DNA of 64,000 bases from Octopus sinensis (lineage: Eukaryota), in contig NC_043018.1 of NCBI RefSeq assembly GCF_006345805.1, positions 26,598,001 to 26,662,000 on the forward strand, written 5' to 3'. Of this stretch, positions 1 to 11,460 are shown one piece after another. The position numbers were made by a program, and so were the translations under genes. Positions within the stretch are counted from its first letter, which is position 1; every line of letters begins with the position of its first letter. The notes under the pieces were generated by a model. That model was not told the DNA's origin. It was given only the letters and a program-made list of their open reading frames with translations, and searched no databases.

Positions 1-1404
1 ATGTGGTTGGTTAGCAAGCTACTTACCACACAGCCACTCCTGCGCCTATATATAGGAAAAGAAAAAGTTTGGTTTTAATTGAAACAATTCCAAAGTGAAG
101 TAAATAGATGGACAGGTGGCAGAGTCATTAGCATGATGGACAAATGTTTGGTGGATTTTTCTTCTGTTTCTTTATGTTCTGAGTTCAAATCCCACTGAGA
201 TTAATTTTGCCTTTCATCCTCTCAGGGTTTATAAAATAAAGAAATGTTGCTAAGCATTTTGTTCAGTTTTTCAATGATTTTGCCAGCTTGCTGCCTTAAT
301 AATAATAATAATAATAACAATAATGGCTTCAAATCTTGTGACAAGGGCTGCAGTTTTGGGGTCAGAGATAAGTCGATTACATCAACCCCAGTTTTCATGG
401 GTACTTAATTTATCGACCCCTAAAAGGATGAAAGGCAAAGTACCAGTCAAGTATGTCAGCAATTGTACCCTTCTCTCAAAATTGCTGGCCTTGAAAATGG
501 TGCCAGTCTATCACAGGGTGACTCATCTGTAGCTGAGTGGACAAGAGCAATGAAGTGTTTTGCTCAAGAACACAAATCACTGCCCACTCCAGGAATCAAA
601 TCCACGATCATCTTATGCAACACCCTAACCACTGGCCCACGTGTACTTTTATTTCAGCGGGCCCAGAAGGATGAAAGGCACTGTTGACCATGGCAGGATT
701 TGAACTCAGGATAAACACTACATGGTGCTAAGTCCCATGCTCAAACAACTCCTTAATTAAATCTGAAATTGACCTCGATTGGATTTGAACTCAGAACATA
801 AAAAAGTGGAGCAAATACTGCATTCATTTATCTTTTTATTCCATCATTTGACTGCAGCCATGCTCGAGCACCACCTTTATTCAAACAAATTGACCCCAGG
901 ACTTATTCTTTGTAAGCCTGGTACTTATTCTATTGGTTCCTTTTGCTGAACTGCTAAGTTACGGGGGATGTAAACACACCAACATTGGTTGTCTAACGAT
1001 TGTGGAGGGACAAACACAGACACACAAATACACACATACATACATATATATATATAATATATATATATATTATATATATATACAAGTGAGTGGACAAATG
1101 AACAAAGGACATTCAACCAATTTATTGGAAGTTACATGTATAGGTCAAAACAGTTTGATTCAAATTCACTGCTACTCTTGAGTTTCAAGCATGATGCTAG
1201 TCATCAGCCATTTTGAATTTTTAATGAGAGAACTTAATTGTTATTATTGTAAGGTGGGCTGCAATTGGTTGAGGAAGGTCATGTGGTGTATCCATATATA
1301 TATATATATATATATATATCATCATCATCATTTAGCGTCCGCTTTCCATGCTAGCATGGGTTGGATGGTTCAACTATATATATATATATATACACACACA
1401 CTGA

Positions 1405-1628
1405 AGTAAGCACATAAATGTGAAACAAGGTGGACAAAAGAGTACTCAAATACCAGAGGTAGAGTAATATACTTTATTTAAAAGCAGCAGATATGTAGCA
1501 AAAGCTGTTACTCGGAGTTTCCCGTTCCCGTTCATCGGACAGTCTTTTTTTAACAAAACTGTCCGATGAATGGGAATGTGAAACTCCGAGTAACAGCTTT
1601 TGTTACATTTCTGCTGCTTTTAAATAAA

Positions 1629-1634
<6 letters not shown>
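1405..1634. mobile_element. Palindromic repeat unit holding two inverted minimal type I hammerhead-ribozyme motifs (Penelope pLTR-like)
   Basis: 77-bp inverted arms (1467-1543 / 1558-1634, 5 mismatches). Each arm reads CUGU-CCGAUGA-stem II-GAAACUCCGAGUA-ACAG. Confidence 0.65.
1559..1596 (+). ncRNA. Putative minimal type I hammerhead ribozyme (U4C core variant); mirror copy at 1505-1542 on - strand
   Basis: Stem I CUGU/ACAG, core CCGAUGA...GAAA, GGAA-capped stem II, stem III ACU/AGU, GUA cleavage triplet at 1590-1592. Confidence 0.55.
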
Positions 1635-1667
<33 letters not shown>

Positions 1668-2908
1668 GATGGGCTTCCATCTACCAAATCCATTCACAAG
1701 GCTTTGGTCAGCCCAAGGCTATAGTAGAAGATACTAGCCCAAGGTGCCACACAGTGGGACTGAACCCGGAACCATGTAGTTGGGAAACAAGCTTCTTACC
1801 ACACACAGTCACTCCTGTGTCATGGTGGTATTTTGTTCATTGCTGTAACAATTCTGTCTCTCCACCCCTTTAATTAAATCTGAAATCAGTGAGATTTGAA
1901 CTTAGAACATCCAAGAAGTGGAAGAAAAACTATGTGGTTGCATTTTGTCCACTGCCTTAATAAATCATGAAATGAAAGTAACAGACATAGATACTTATTT
2001 CAAGGATGCTAATGATGGTGTGCATTAGCAGTTAGTGAATATAAACCAATTAGGAGCAAACTGCAACTCATGAGACTCTCTCAATTGCGTGGCAACAAAA
2101 ATTTATGTTGAATTTCTATTAGTAGTGCAGTCCACCTGATGATGAGCTATGATTCATGTGGCCCACTTCTTGATAAAGGTTGCTCATGCTTGGTATAAAC
2201 GATTAAAACTGGAATAAAATGGCTTTTGGTAAAGAAAAGGCAGAGTCTATTCAATGAAGATCCTACAGTAAGTCTCCACTCTCTGTCACCAAAACTGTTT
2301 AAAGAAAAGACAATTACTGATATAGTTTGGCATCAGTGTCATCACAGACAAACACAGAATGAAAATAGTTGAAAATAAACACCACAAGGTATTTTGTCTG
2401 ATATTCAAATATATTTTGCCAGTCTTTTGCTGTAGAGTCAGATTCTATTTAATCAACCCTGGAAAAATGAAAGGTAAAATTGATCCCTGCAGGATTTGAA
2501 CTCGGAGCTTCAAAGAGCCAGAGCAAAGATTCCATGGAATATTATCTAACACTCAAGCAATTTTGATCTCAGGATTTGTGTTTTTATTTCATTGACCCCG
2601 GAAGAATGAAAGGTAATGTAAGCCACATCAGGATTTGAACTCAGAATGTTAAGAGCCAAAAGAAATACCTAATGACATTGTATTCAGTGTTCTAACAATT
2701 TCAGCAATCAACCACACTGGTCTGGCATTTTCCTTATTATCGATCTCAGAAGGAGAGGTTAAGTTGACCTTAGAGGGATTTAAACCCAAAACATAAAGAA
2801 CTGGAACAAATATTACATAATAGTTTGTCTGATGTTCTAATGATTCTGTCAATCCTTTTGGATTGGTTAATGATGAAAAGAACATAAATCTTAGTACCCA
2901 AGGAAACC

Positions 2909-3395
2909 AATTCAATTCAATTCAATTTTTATTGGCTCAAAAAGCAAAAGCAAGGCTATGTAGGGGGACAGGGAGTTATGTACAGGGAGGGTGGTCATAC
3001 AATGAGTTCAGGCCATTCCTGGTCAAGAGAGACTTTGAACCGAGCGGTCATCGGCATCTTCACTATCTCGTCTGGCAGCTCATTCCACAGATCCACAACC
3101 TGGACGGAGAAAGCCCCTCTCCTTCAATTGAGATGAAATCGTCGTATATAGAGCTTTTCGGAGTGCCCCCGCAGCCCACACTCTGGAGCAGGAGTGAAGA
3201 ACAGCTCTTTCGAGAGGTTACACTTTCCGCTTATGATGTTTTGAGCGAGAATGAGATCACCACGGTGGCATCGTTTTTCGAGAGAATAAAGGTCAAATGT
3301 CTTCAGCCTTTCTTCATAAGACAAATGCTTGAGACCAAGAACCATGTGGGTAGCCAGCTTCTGGACTCTTTCGAGATGATGTATGTCTTTGCTGA
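2909..3395 (-). mobile_element. 5'-truncated CR1/L2-clade LINE 3' end
   Basis: LERVQKLATHMV.GLKHLSYEERL..LDLYSLE.R..RGDLI...RGH..KL...RV...WNKLP; (TTGAA)n tail at 2909-2925; second copy at 41663-42127. Confidence 0.88.
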
Positions 3396-4288
3396 ATTGT
3401 TGGTTAGTGAGGATAAACAGTTTAAATGTGGAATGAATTAGTTTTACGAGAGAGAAAAACCTTTTGTCTGACAAAGAGTTTCCACCAAAAACATTAAGCT
3501 TCTCTTCTTTCTTTCACAGTAGACTAATTTATTTGACTTTTGAACAGTTTATAAAATAGACAACATTGAAAAATTCACTGTTATTAGCAGGGATGCAGAA
3601 ATTGATAAATGTTTGTGTTAGCTTGCAGTCTTGAGTTCAAATTAGCCAATGAATAAAACTTCTCTGAAGACCTACTTGATAGAATTAGCAGCCAAATCTC
3701 CCTGAAGAAAATCTCTCCTTCACCAAATCTATCTATTTATCTATACACCCTACAGTCTTAAAAGGAAAAACACATTGGATAATGTAGTCCAAGGTACACT
3801 AATATAAGAACATCTTGTATCATGGGTCTGCTCGTCAGAGATGGCTATGACCAAGCTGGAGTTAACAGTAACTGAAATGACTTACAAGAGACTAGCATCT
3901 TTTCCACGAAGAAAGAGATTGTAGTGGTTATGTGTGTATGTAAACAAATACATAAACCGATTTATGATTAAAACTGATTAATTTGCAGTGTTAGTTTAGT
4001 GATTGGTCACTACATACACAAATGCAGGCAACTGCTACAAGTCGCTTGAATAGAGTACATATTTGAAATGAATATGTTTGTGTGTGTGTGTGCGTGTTTC
4101 ATTTGAAACAGTAGTCAATCGGCACTTTTTCTGTCTCTGTCGTCTGCCAAAAACTTGGGTCGTAGATAGCTCTATCTCATGTGTCTGCTCCCGTCTCCGC
4201 TGCGATTTTCTGCCTCTCTGTTTCACCCTTGTATTTATAATATTTGTGACAGCTAGAAAAACAGACATACTGCAGCAGAGACAGTGCT

Positions 4289-4347
4289 TAAGTAGGTCAG
4301 CACTTGTCCAGTTGAACTTCGCCTGACATGGCTGAGGTCACAGGTCA
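4289..4347 (+). promoter_or_regulatory. Cluster of nuclear-receptor elements (RORE, AGTTCA half-site, perfect DR1)
   Basis: TAAGTAGGTCA at 4289-4299, TGAACT at 4313-4318 and AGGTCAcAGGTCA at 4335-4347, in non-repetitive sequence. Motif match only. Confidence 0.35.
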
Positions 4348-6521
4348 AAGGGAGATGATCAATCACTTTTTGACGGAACAAAGCAAATCTTCTTTTCGCG
4401 CCTTTGGTTGCCGTGGTTTGGGTGACCGAGGATTCTTGGATTTGGTTTCAAATCTAGGCTTAGAGAAGGAAGTGCTAATTCTTACAAGATGAATGAATGT
4501 GGATGTTGGAGACCGAATAATCATTGCATTTCATTTATTGTATTAATTTATTTAGGGTCTTTAAATGACATCAATGTAGGAGCTGAAGTAGCGGAAACCG
4601 GTGAGAAACTTGGGGATAACAAGTTTTTTCCTCTTTTGGCAATTTGCCTTTGGTGAGAGTTAAACCAAAAGAAACATACATTATTTACATTTGACAGATA
4701 TTTGTCCTCATCTTGTTTTGGCTGATATACCCTCCTTCGAGTAAAAGCAACAATAGAAGAGGATATAACCAAAGACTGTGTGTACTCCATCCCTTGCAGC
4801 TGTTCAGTTTGTTAATGATTTTGCCAGCTTGCTGCCTTAATAATAATAATGATAATAATAATAATAATAATAATAATGGCTTCAAATCTTGTCACAAGAG
4901 CAGCAGTTTTGGCGGCAGAGATAAGTTGATTACATCGACCCCTGTATTTCATGGGTACTTAATTTCTCGACCCCAAAAGGATGAAAGGCAAAGTTGACCT
5001 CAGCAGAATTTGAACTCAGAATGCACTGACAGCTAGACAGCTGGTGTGGGTTTGTTTATGTCCCCATAACTTAGGGGTTCAGCAAAAGAGACAAGCAGAA
5101 TAAGTGCCAGACCGTAAAGATAATTACTGTGGTTGATTTGTTCGACTAAAATCCTCCAAGGTAGTGCTCCTGCATGGCTGCAGTCCAGTGACTGAAGCAA
5201 GTTAAAGATAAAAGCTACTACAAATAGAAAGTAACAATCCATTGAAAGAACCTACTTCAGAAATAAACAGTTATAAAAAAACAAATATCAATAACAACAA
5301 ATGATGGGAACATTTGTGAGAAAGTCAATATTTCGCTGAAGAGCTTAGAATAATGCTGAAACATATCCAGTTTTCTATATTTACTGGAAATGTTAAAGAT
5401 AATATATATCATCATCATCATCATCCAGTGTTTTAAATCCAGGTTTTGTCCCTGTTAACGGGGGTGGCCGATATCTACTTCAATTTCATAACAACTAAGG
5501 CAGACAGGTGCAGCCCACCCCAAACTTTGGGCTGGCTGGTGTCCATTCTCCCTTGTTATCATGAAGCCTTTTTGAAGCTGGATTTTCTATGGGGAGCATG
5601 TCCTTGCTTAAGCCCAACCTCAGTTTTTAGACATGAGTGGTCTCAGAACAAGGCCTCTACCACAATTTCTAAGAAATGCGATGAAAAACTAGCTCAGGAA
5701 GGCAAGGACATCAGATAATTAATAGGGCCCTGTTAAATCAAAGGGCCCCAAAATTTAAAAGAACCTTGTTAGATTCATAAGGACTCAGTTAGATTTAATG
5801 TATTTTTGAATAGAAAAGGGCCCAATAAATCAAAAGTGGGTTTCATAATTTAAAATATTTTATTGGCTTTAAGAAAATAAACAAAAATAAAAACATTATA
5901 AATTATTTATTTCATTTGTGTAAATATATTTTAAAAGTTATAACTCTAAACTTCAGATTTCTCAGAGATAAAGACATTTAATTCGGGGCAACTGGAAACT
6001 TAGGGTTAAAATGTTCAGAGGCATTTCATCCATCCTTATGCTCTGAGTTCAAATTCCGCTGAGGTCGACTTCATCATTCATCCTTCCGGGGTCCACAAAA
6101 TAAGTAGCAATTGAGCACTGAAGTCGATGTGATCGTCTAGCCCTTCCTCCAAATTTTCAATCACTATTGTCAAACACGGGGATAGGTCGTTTGTAAGACG
6201 CCTAGAAGTGAAATGGAAGAGGTTCCAACGTTGGCTGTGTTTTGTCAGTTATAAATATAGAGTCATCTCCCTTCTGTCATCGTAGTTATCAAAATTACCA
6301 AAAGGAAAAATAAAACCCAGAGCATAAAGTAAAAGAAAAAAAATCACAGATAAATAATCATTATTGAAGACCAGTGGTTCCCAACTATTTTTTGGTCTAT
6401 GGAACCCTTTGATCACTATTTTTATTCTACCCACACATTCACTTGTATAGTTTGAACTGTGTAAAACATTAAAGAAAGAAACCTAAATGTTTCTTGCAAC
6501 AAGTGCTCCTAAAACAAAATG

Positions 6522-6736
6522 GGCGATCTTACGGTACAAGTACCATAACTGCCAATTATAAACCAACGTGGTTTTGTTTACATTTCTGAAGAAAAAAAGA
6601 AACCCTTTTCTCCCACCCCTAACCATAACCCCCCCCCCCATATATATATAAAAAAAAACTTTACGGAGAGTAACGATCTTCTTCAAATGTAAACAAACAC
6701 ACGTAGCAGTTATGGTATTTGTACCGTAAGATCGCC
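6522..6736. mobile_element. 215-bp MITE, Merlin-like (GG termini, 8-bp TSD)
   Basis: 31-bp TIR GGCGATCTTACGGTACAARTACCATAACTGC; perfect TSD ACAAAATG at 6514-6521 and 6737-6744. Confidence 0.85.
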
Positions 6737-6784
6737 ACAAAATGTTCTCATGACCTTTAAAGGACCTCCAATTTTACTATTTTG

Positions 6785-7196
6785 GGATCTTTTCGGTTTG
6801 AACGGCAGTTTTTCTAGCGGTGTCATATGAATTGTCACCCATAATTATGACCCCAGTATCGATCTATTGCATTTCAATCTGTTTTAGGGTTAGGATTGGG
6901 GGGAAGGGTATCTTTTTTTCTTCACAAATGTAAATAAACCCAATCTGTTTCTTAAACGAGGGACATATTCATACGGCACAGAATGTTTTCACCTCAATAG
7001 ACGTCATTGATTGGTTGAAATTGCAGAAATTGAAGTAAAAAAACAACAAATATCTTACAAACTATAGAATTTTCTCAATAAAACCAAGAGAAAAAAGATG
7101 TTTAATAAACACATTCTACCAGTATACGAAGTTTAAAAGTGTTTAGTCACGTGGAAATTATTTTAAAAAAAACTACTGTTCAAACCGAAAATATCC
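6785..7196. mobile_element. ~412-bp MITE with ~28-bp TIR and 8-bp TSD (Merlin- or hAT-like), copy 1
   Basis: TIR GGAT(C/A)TTTTCGGTTTGAAC(G/A)G(C/T)AGTTTTT; TSD CTATTTTG/CAATTTTG (7/8 match); near-identical copy at 59958-60376. Confidence 0.85.
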
Positions 7197-7320
7197 CAAT
7201 TTTGTTTGAGTAGCCCCCCCCCCCCCAACAAAAATCTTATCTAGAACCCCCGTTCGACAACTACTGTTGCAGGCAGATGTAATTTCATAGGAAGCTTCTT
7301 TTCAGTGTTCACCGGTTGAA

Positions 7321-7353
7321 GTGGTGCATTCTGGGTGAGTTCTGTCAAGGTTA
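7321..7353 (+). promoter_or_regulatory. ATP5F1E proximal promoter motifs (ZNF143/Staf-like and ERRE-like)
   Basis: Reverse complement ACCCAGAATGCACCAC at 7321-7336; TCAAGGTTA at 7345-7353; 60-90 bp upstream of the ATG. Confidence 0.4.
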
Positions 7354-7409
7354 CCTCCACCTTTCTGCTTCGCCTGGTTCTTCTCATCGCTCAACCTTCT
7401 TCACTCACC

Positions 7410-7441
7410 ATGTCTACATTTTGGCGTCAAGCTGGACTAAA
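7410..7441 (+). CDS. ATP5F1E: ATP synthase epsilon coding exon 1 (MSTFWRQAGL-N)
   Basis: ATG at 7410 after a pyrimidine-rich leader; donor AA|GTAAGC at 7442. Confidence 0.93.
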
Positions 7442-9844
7442 GTAAGCTATTTCTTCTATTTTATTAATACGATAACACCACTGCTTTTACCCAGTATTTA
7501 AAACATGCAGAACGAATATAATATATGCAAAATAAGAGATAAGCTAAAGCGAAAAACCTCAACGTCGTTTTGTAAAACCTTGTCCTTCCGTTTTTATTCA
7601 GTTCCCGTCGAGGATATCTTTAGAGAAATATGCTAGTTTTTTTTTATGTAATACATATTCATCCCCTACTCAGTGTAATTCTTTAAAATTGCCAAATTTC
7701 GGTGGAAGAAGGTCGTACTTAATCGTTAGACAGGCATTTAATTATGCATGTGAAACGAAGGTGTATCTGTGACATGCGGCCAAATCGTTATGCAAAAGGT
7801 GAAAGAACGAATGTATTTTAGCCATTTGTCTTAAAATACCGGTTCTGGTATGTTGTACGCAAAGCTGTGTTTATAATAATTTTCATTATTTTTATCGGAG
7901 CTTCTTGTAATATTTTGCCCTGTGCGGTAAAGTCTTCACTTTGCCTTTTCACTTCCAAGGACAGGACACAGCAACGGGGTCGACTTGTGCCTGGCTAATT
8001 GAGGTCTACATTAATTGTTGTTGTTATTTATTATCATTATTATTGGTGGTATTACCACGCTGAGCAAATGCTTAGCGGCATTTCGTCCGCATTTACGTTC
8101 TGAGTTAAAATTCCACCGAGGTCGACTTTGCCTTTCATCCTTTCGGACTCGATAAAATAAATACCAGTTGAGCACTGGGACTCGATGTAATCGACTTATC
8201 CCAACCCCGATATTGTTGGCCTTGTGCTAAAATTTAAAACCATTATTATTATTATAATAATAATTATATATAGTTGTTCTAATTTTATTGGTTTCGGGTA
8301 GGTTAAAAACGTAGCTGTAGGTTGTGCAGGAAGTTGATAGAGAGCTACTAATTAAAGAAAATATACCAAATTAGGCAAGAAATAGCATATAGACTTCCTT
8401 CAAATCACACTATACTGTCTTAAGAAAAAGTGCCAACAACATTGGGATGTTGTAATTTAGGTAAAGTGTGTCTGAAAGATAGTCGCTTTTAATGAGAGCG
8501 TGGATTGACCTCACACATACACAAACCGTAAATTCTCTATCACCTTGACTGCGTCACTTATCTGTGATATAAAGAAGAAAATAAATTGCTTTTCTTTTTT
8601 CGCTCCTAAATGTTCTTATGCAGAAATTCAATGTTTTTTTCTTTTATTTTATTAAAATGTTAAGTGATTGAAAAACAAAAAGTAACAAAACTCTTTCGGT
8701 TTCATTCCTCAACAGAAACTTTTTGTTACGTAATTTGGGTATCACTTATCACTTGTTTTCAATGTTTACACAGATTAATTAAAACGTCTGAAAGAGTTCT
8801 TTAAAAATGTAGGAATTATACCCGATAAGCCATAAGTCACGCACCAAAACATTTGACATTATTATTAGCACGCCTGACGAAGTGCTTAGCGGTATTTTGT
8901 CCGTCTGCACGATATGAAATTCCTCCGAGGTCGGCTTTGCCTTTCATCCTTTCAGGGTTGGTAAAATAAGTACCAGTTGAGTACTGGGGTCGATGTAATC
9001 GACTATTCCCCTCCCGCAAAATAAGTACCGGTTACGCACTAAGGTCAATATAATCGACTTAATCCGTTTGTCCTCTGTGTTTAGCCCCTTGTGGGTAGAA
9101 AAGAAATAGGTATTTCGTCTGCCACTACGTTCTGAGTTAAAACACCGCCGAGGTCGACTTTGCCTTTCATCCGTTTGGGATCGATGAAATAAGTACCAGT
9201 TATGCACTGGAGTCGATCTGATCGACTTGCCCCCTTCTCTAAAAAATATCTAGGCCTTGTACCTAGAGTAGGAATAATTATTATTTATTTTGTTTATCAT
9301 GTGCATGTGTATTCATCTTTATTTTATTCAATTTTAGAAAAATTGTTTGGTGTATCACTCATTCTGTCCCTTATTCAAGTTGAGATGGGCAGGGGTCAAA
9401 GTACAAAACACCTGTTTCTCAACTTAAATTTTAATGATGGTTTGTTCAGTCCCGAATTCACCCGAGTCAAGCAGATTTATGATCACAAAAATTCCAGTGA
9501 CGACCACTTTGTCTTTTTATTCCGTTCTCTAATGTTTCAAGATAATAGAATAAGATACAGCTACTGTCTCTAGCAGGTCAAGCAAGCATGTTGAGGACGA
9601 GCCTCTCAGTGGTCACTCAACTTGTTAGAAACAGCAGCCAGGTCTCCTTCAATTTACACTCTACCATCTTAAAACAAGAGGAAGGATGCATTAGAAAATC
9701 TTATATATTCACACGTTCCAAGAAATGGAGTGGTCCTGGTTGGAATGCCTTTGTTCATAAGGATGTCTGTTTGATTGGGATTGATCTGGAGCTAAAACAG
9801 CCACTATAGCGGTTCCCATGTGTCATTTGATGGATGTATATATC

Positions 9845-10265
9845 AGTTGGGCGGTTCGACCAGGGTCTGGGAAGCCAGGAGGCTGCACCAGGCTCCAGTC
9901 TGATCTGGCAGTGTTTCTACAAATGGATGCCCTTCCTAACACCAACCACTCCATGAGTGTAGTAGGTGCTTTTTATGTGCCACCGGCACGGAAGCCAGTC
10001 AAGGTGCTGCTGGCATCAACCATGTACGGATGGTGCTTTTTATGTGCCAGTGGAGGCTGGCAACAGTCACGATCGGTTGGTTGTTTTTACATGCCACTGA
10101 CACGGAAGCCAGTCAAGGCGGCGCTAGCATTGGCCACGTACGGATGGTGCTTTTTAGGTGCCTGGGTTGGCTGGCAATGCCACGAACGGTTGGTGCTTTT
10201 TACGTGTCACCAGCACAGAAGCCAGTCATGGCGGCGCTGGCATCGGCCACGTACAGACGGTGCTA
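9845..10265 (-). mobile_element. RTE LINE 3'-UTR fragment with internal VNTR
   Basis: Same sequence as the 3' UTR that follows an RTE ORF end at 33400-33967 and 45140-46020. Confidence 0.7.
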
Positions 10266-10584
10266 AGTCCAGATGTTGGGGGGGGGGGCAAACACAGACA
10301 CACAAACATATACACGTACATATATATATATACACACGACAGGTTTCTTTCAGTTTCCGTCTACCAAATCCACTGGTCGGCCCGAGGCTATAGTAGAAGA
10401 TACTTGCCCAAGGTGCCACGCAGTGGGACTGAACCCGGAACCATGTGGTTCGTAAGCAAGCTACTTACTACACAGCCACTCCTACGCCAATAAATATTAA
10501 ATAATACTTTAGAAAAAAAGTTTAATTTTTAAGAACAACTTACATTGTTTTGTAATTTAAAAAAAAAATTTTTTTTTTTTTTAG

Positions 10585-10715
10585 CTATGTGCAGTTTTCA
10601 TCGATCTGTGCCAAAGTTGTGCGATCTTGTCTCCAACCAGCACCAAGAGCCGCAGCTGAGAAACAGTCTCAGGCATTTGTAAAGGCTACACGATGGGAAG
10701 GAGGAAAACCAGTCA
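10585..10715 (+). CDS. ATP5F1E: ATP synthase epsilon coding exon 2 (YVQFSSICAKVVR...WEGGKPV)
   Basis: Poly-T tract plus TAG acceptor at 10583-10584; donor A|GTAAGT at 10716; frame continues from exon 1. Confidence 0.95.
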
Positions 10716-10749
10716 GTAAGTTATTTTCTTTCCTTTGGTCTATGGCTGT

Positions 10750-11400
10750 CATCATTGTTCGACCGTGGTCGAGACAATGGAATTTACCATGCTACGCTAG
10801 ACTTCACGGTCCATCAAAGCATTATAGAAGTCCTGTTGCTAGATGCCTGTATCCCTGGAGATTACATCACGGTAGGAGAGTGTGCGCCCTCTGGTATTGC
10901 GACTAGATGGCTTCCAGAGGAGAAGAGTAGAAATTGCCTCGTTTTCAGCTCTACAACAATGTCCAACAAACTGGACTCTCCTACCTTTCACAATAGATGA
11001 TACAGGTGGTAGTTTCCCATATATTTGTACTTTGGTTGGATGACGCTTCCACGAGAGATTTTGAGCTCTCATAAGGAGGCGAGTGTAGGTTCCATCCAAC
11101 CGCCTCTCAAGCTTCTTTGATAACGTCCAGGTTTCTGAGCCATATAGTAGAATTGGTTCGACTGTGGCTTTGAAGATTTCAAATTTGAAGTCTCTACTTA
11201 GATTTGATGACCAGATCTTATGCATGTCATTACAGGCTGACCAAGCCATACCCTTTCTAGTTAGAAAATCTTTTCCAGATGATGATATGTATGACCCAAG
11301 ATATTTGTAATCAGAAACCATATTTAAAGGCACATTGTTGAGAGTATGGCTGTGCTTGGGCACCATCCAGGCTAGAGTATTCTTTTATTTCCTGGATTCA
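10750..11400 (-). mobile_element. RTE-clade LINE fragment (C-terminal RT/thumb region) in ATP5F1E intron 2
   Basis: 175-aa ORF with YKYLGS and EPILLYGSETWTL, and RR.QF.GHC, typical of RTE-clade ORFs. Confidence 0.85.
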
Positions 11401-11460
11401 TTCATTGGACTGTGGTCACGGTGGACTATGTACCACGTGCTGAGGTACATAGACCTATAA

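Noticed and set aside
2136-2160. CTGATGA plus a small hairpin as a hammerhead
   Set aside because: No GAAA after the hairpin and no stem I or III.
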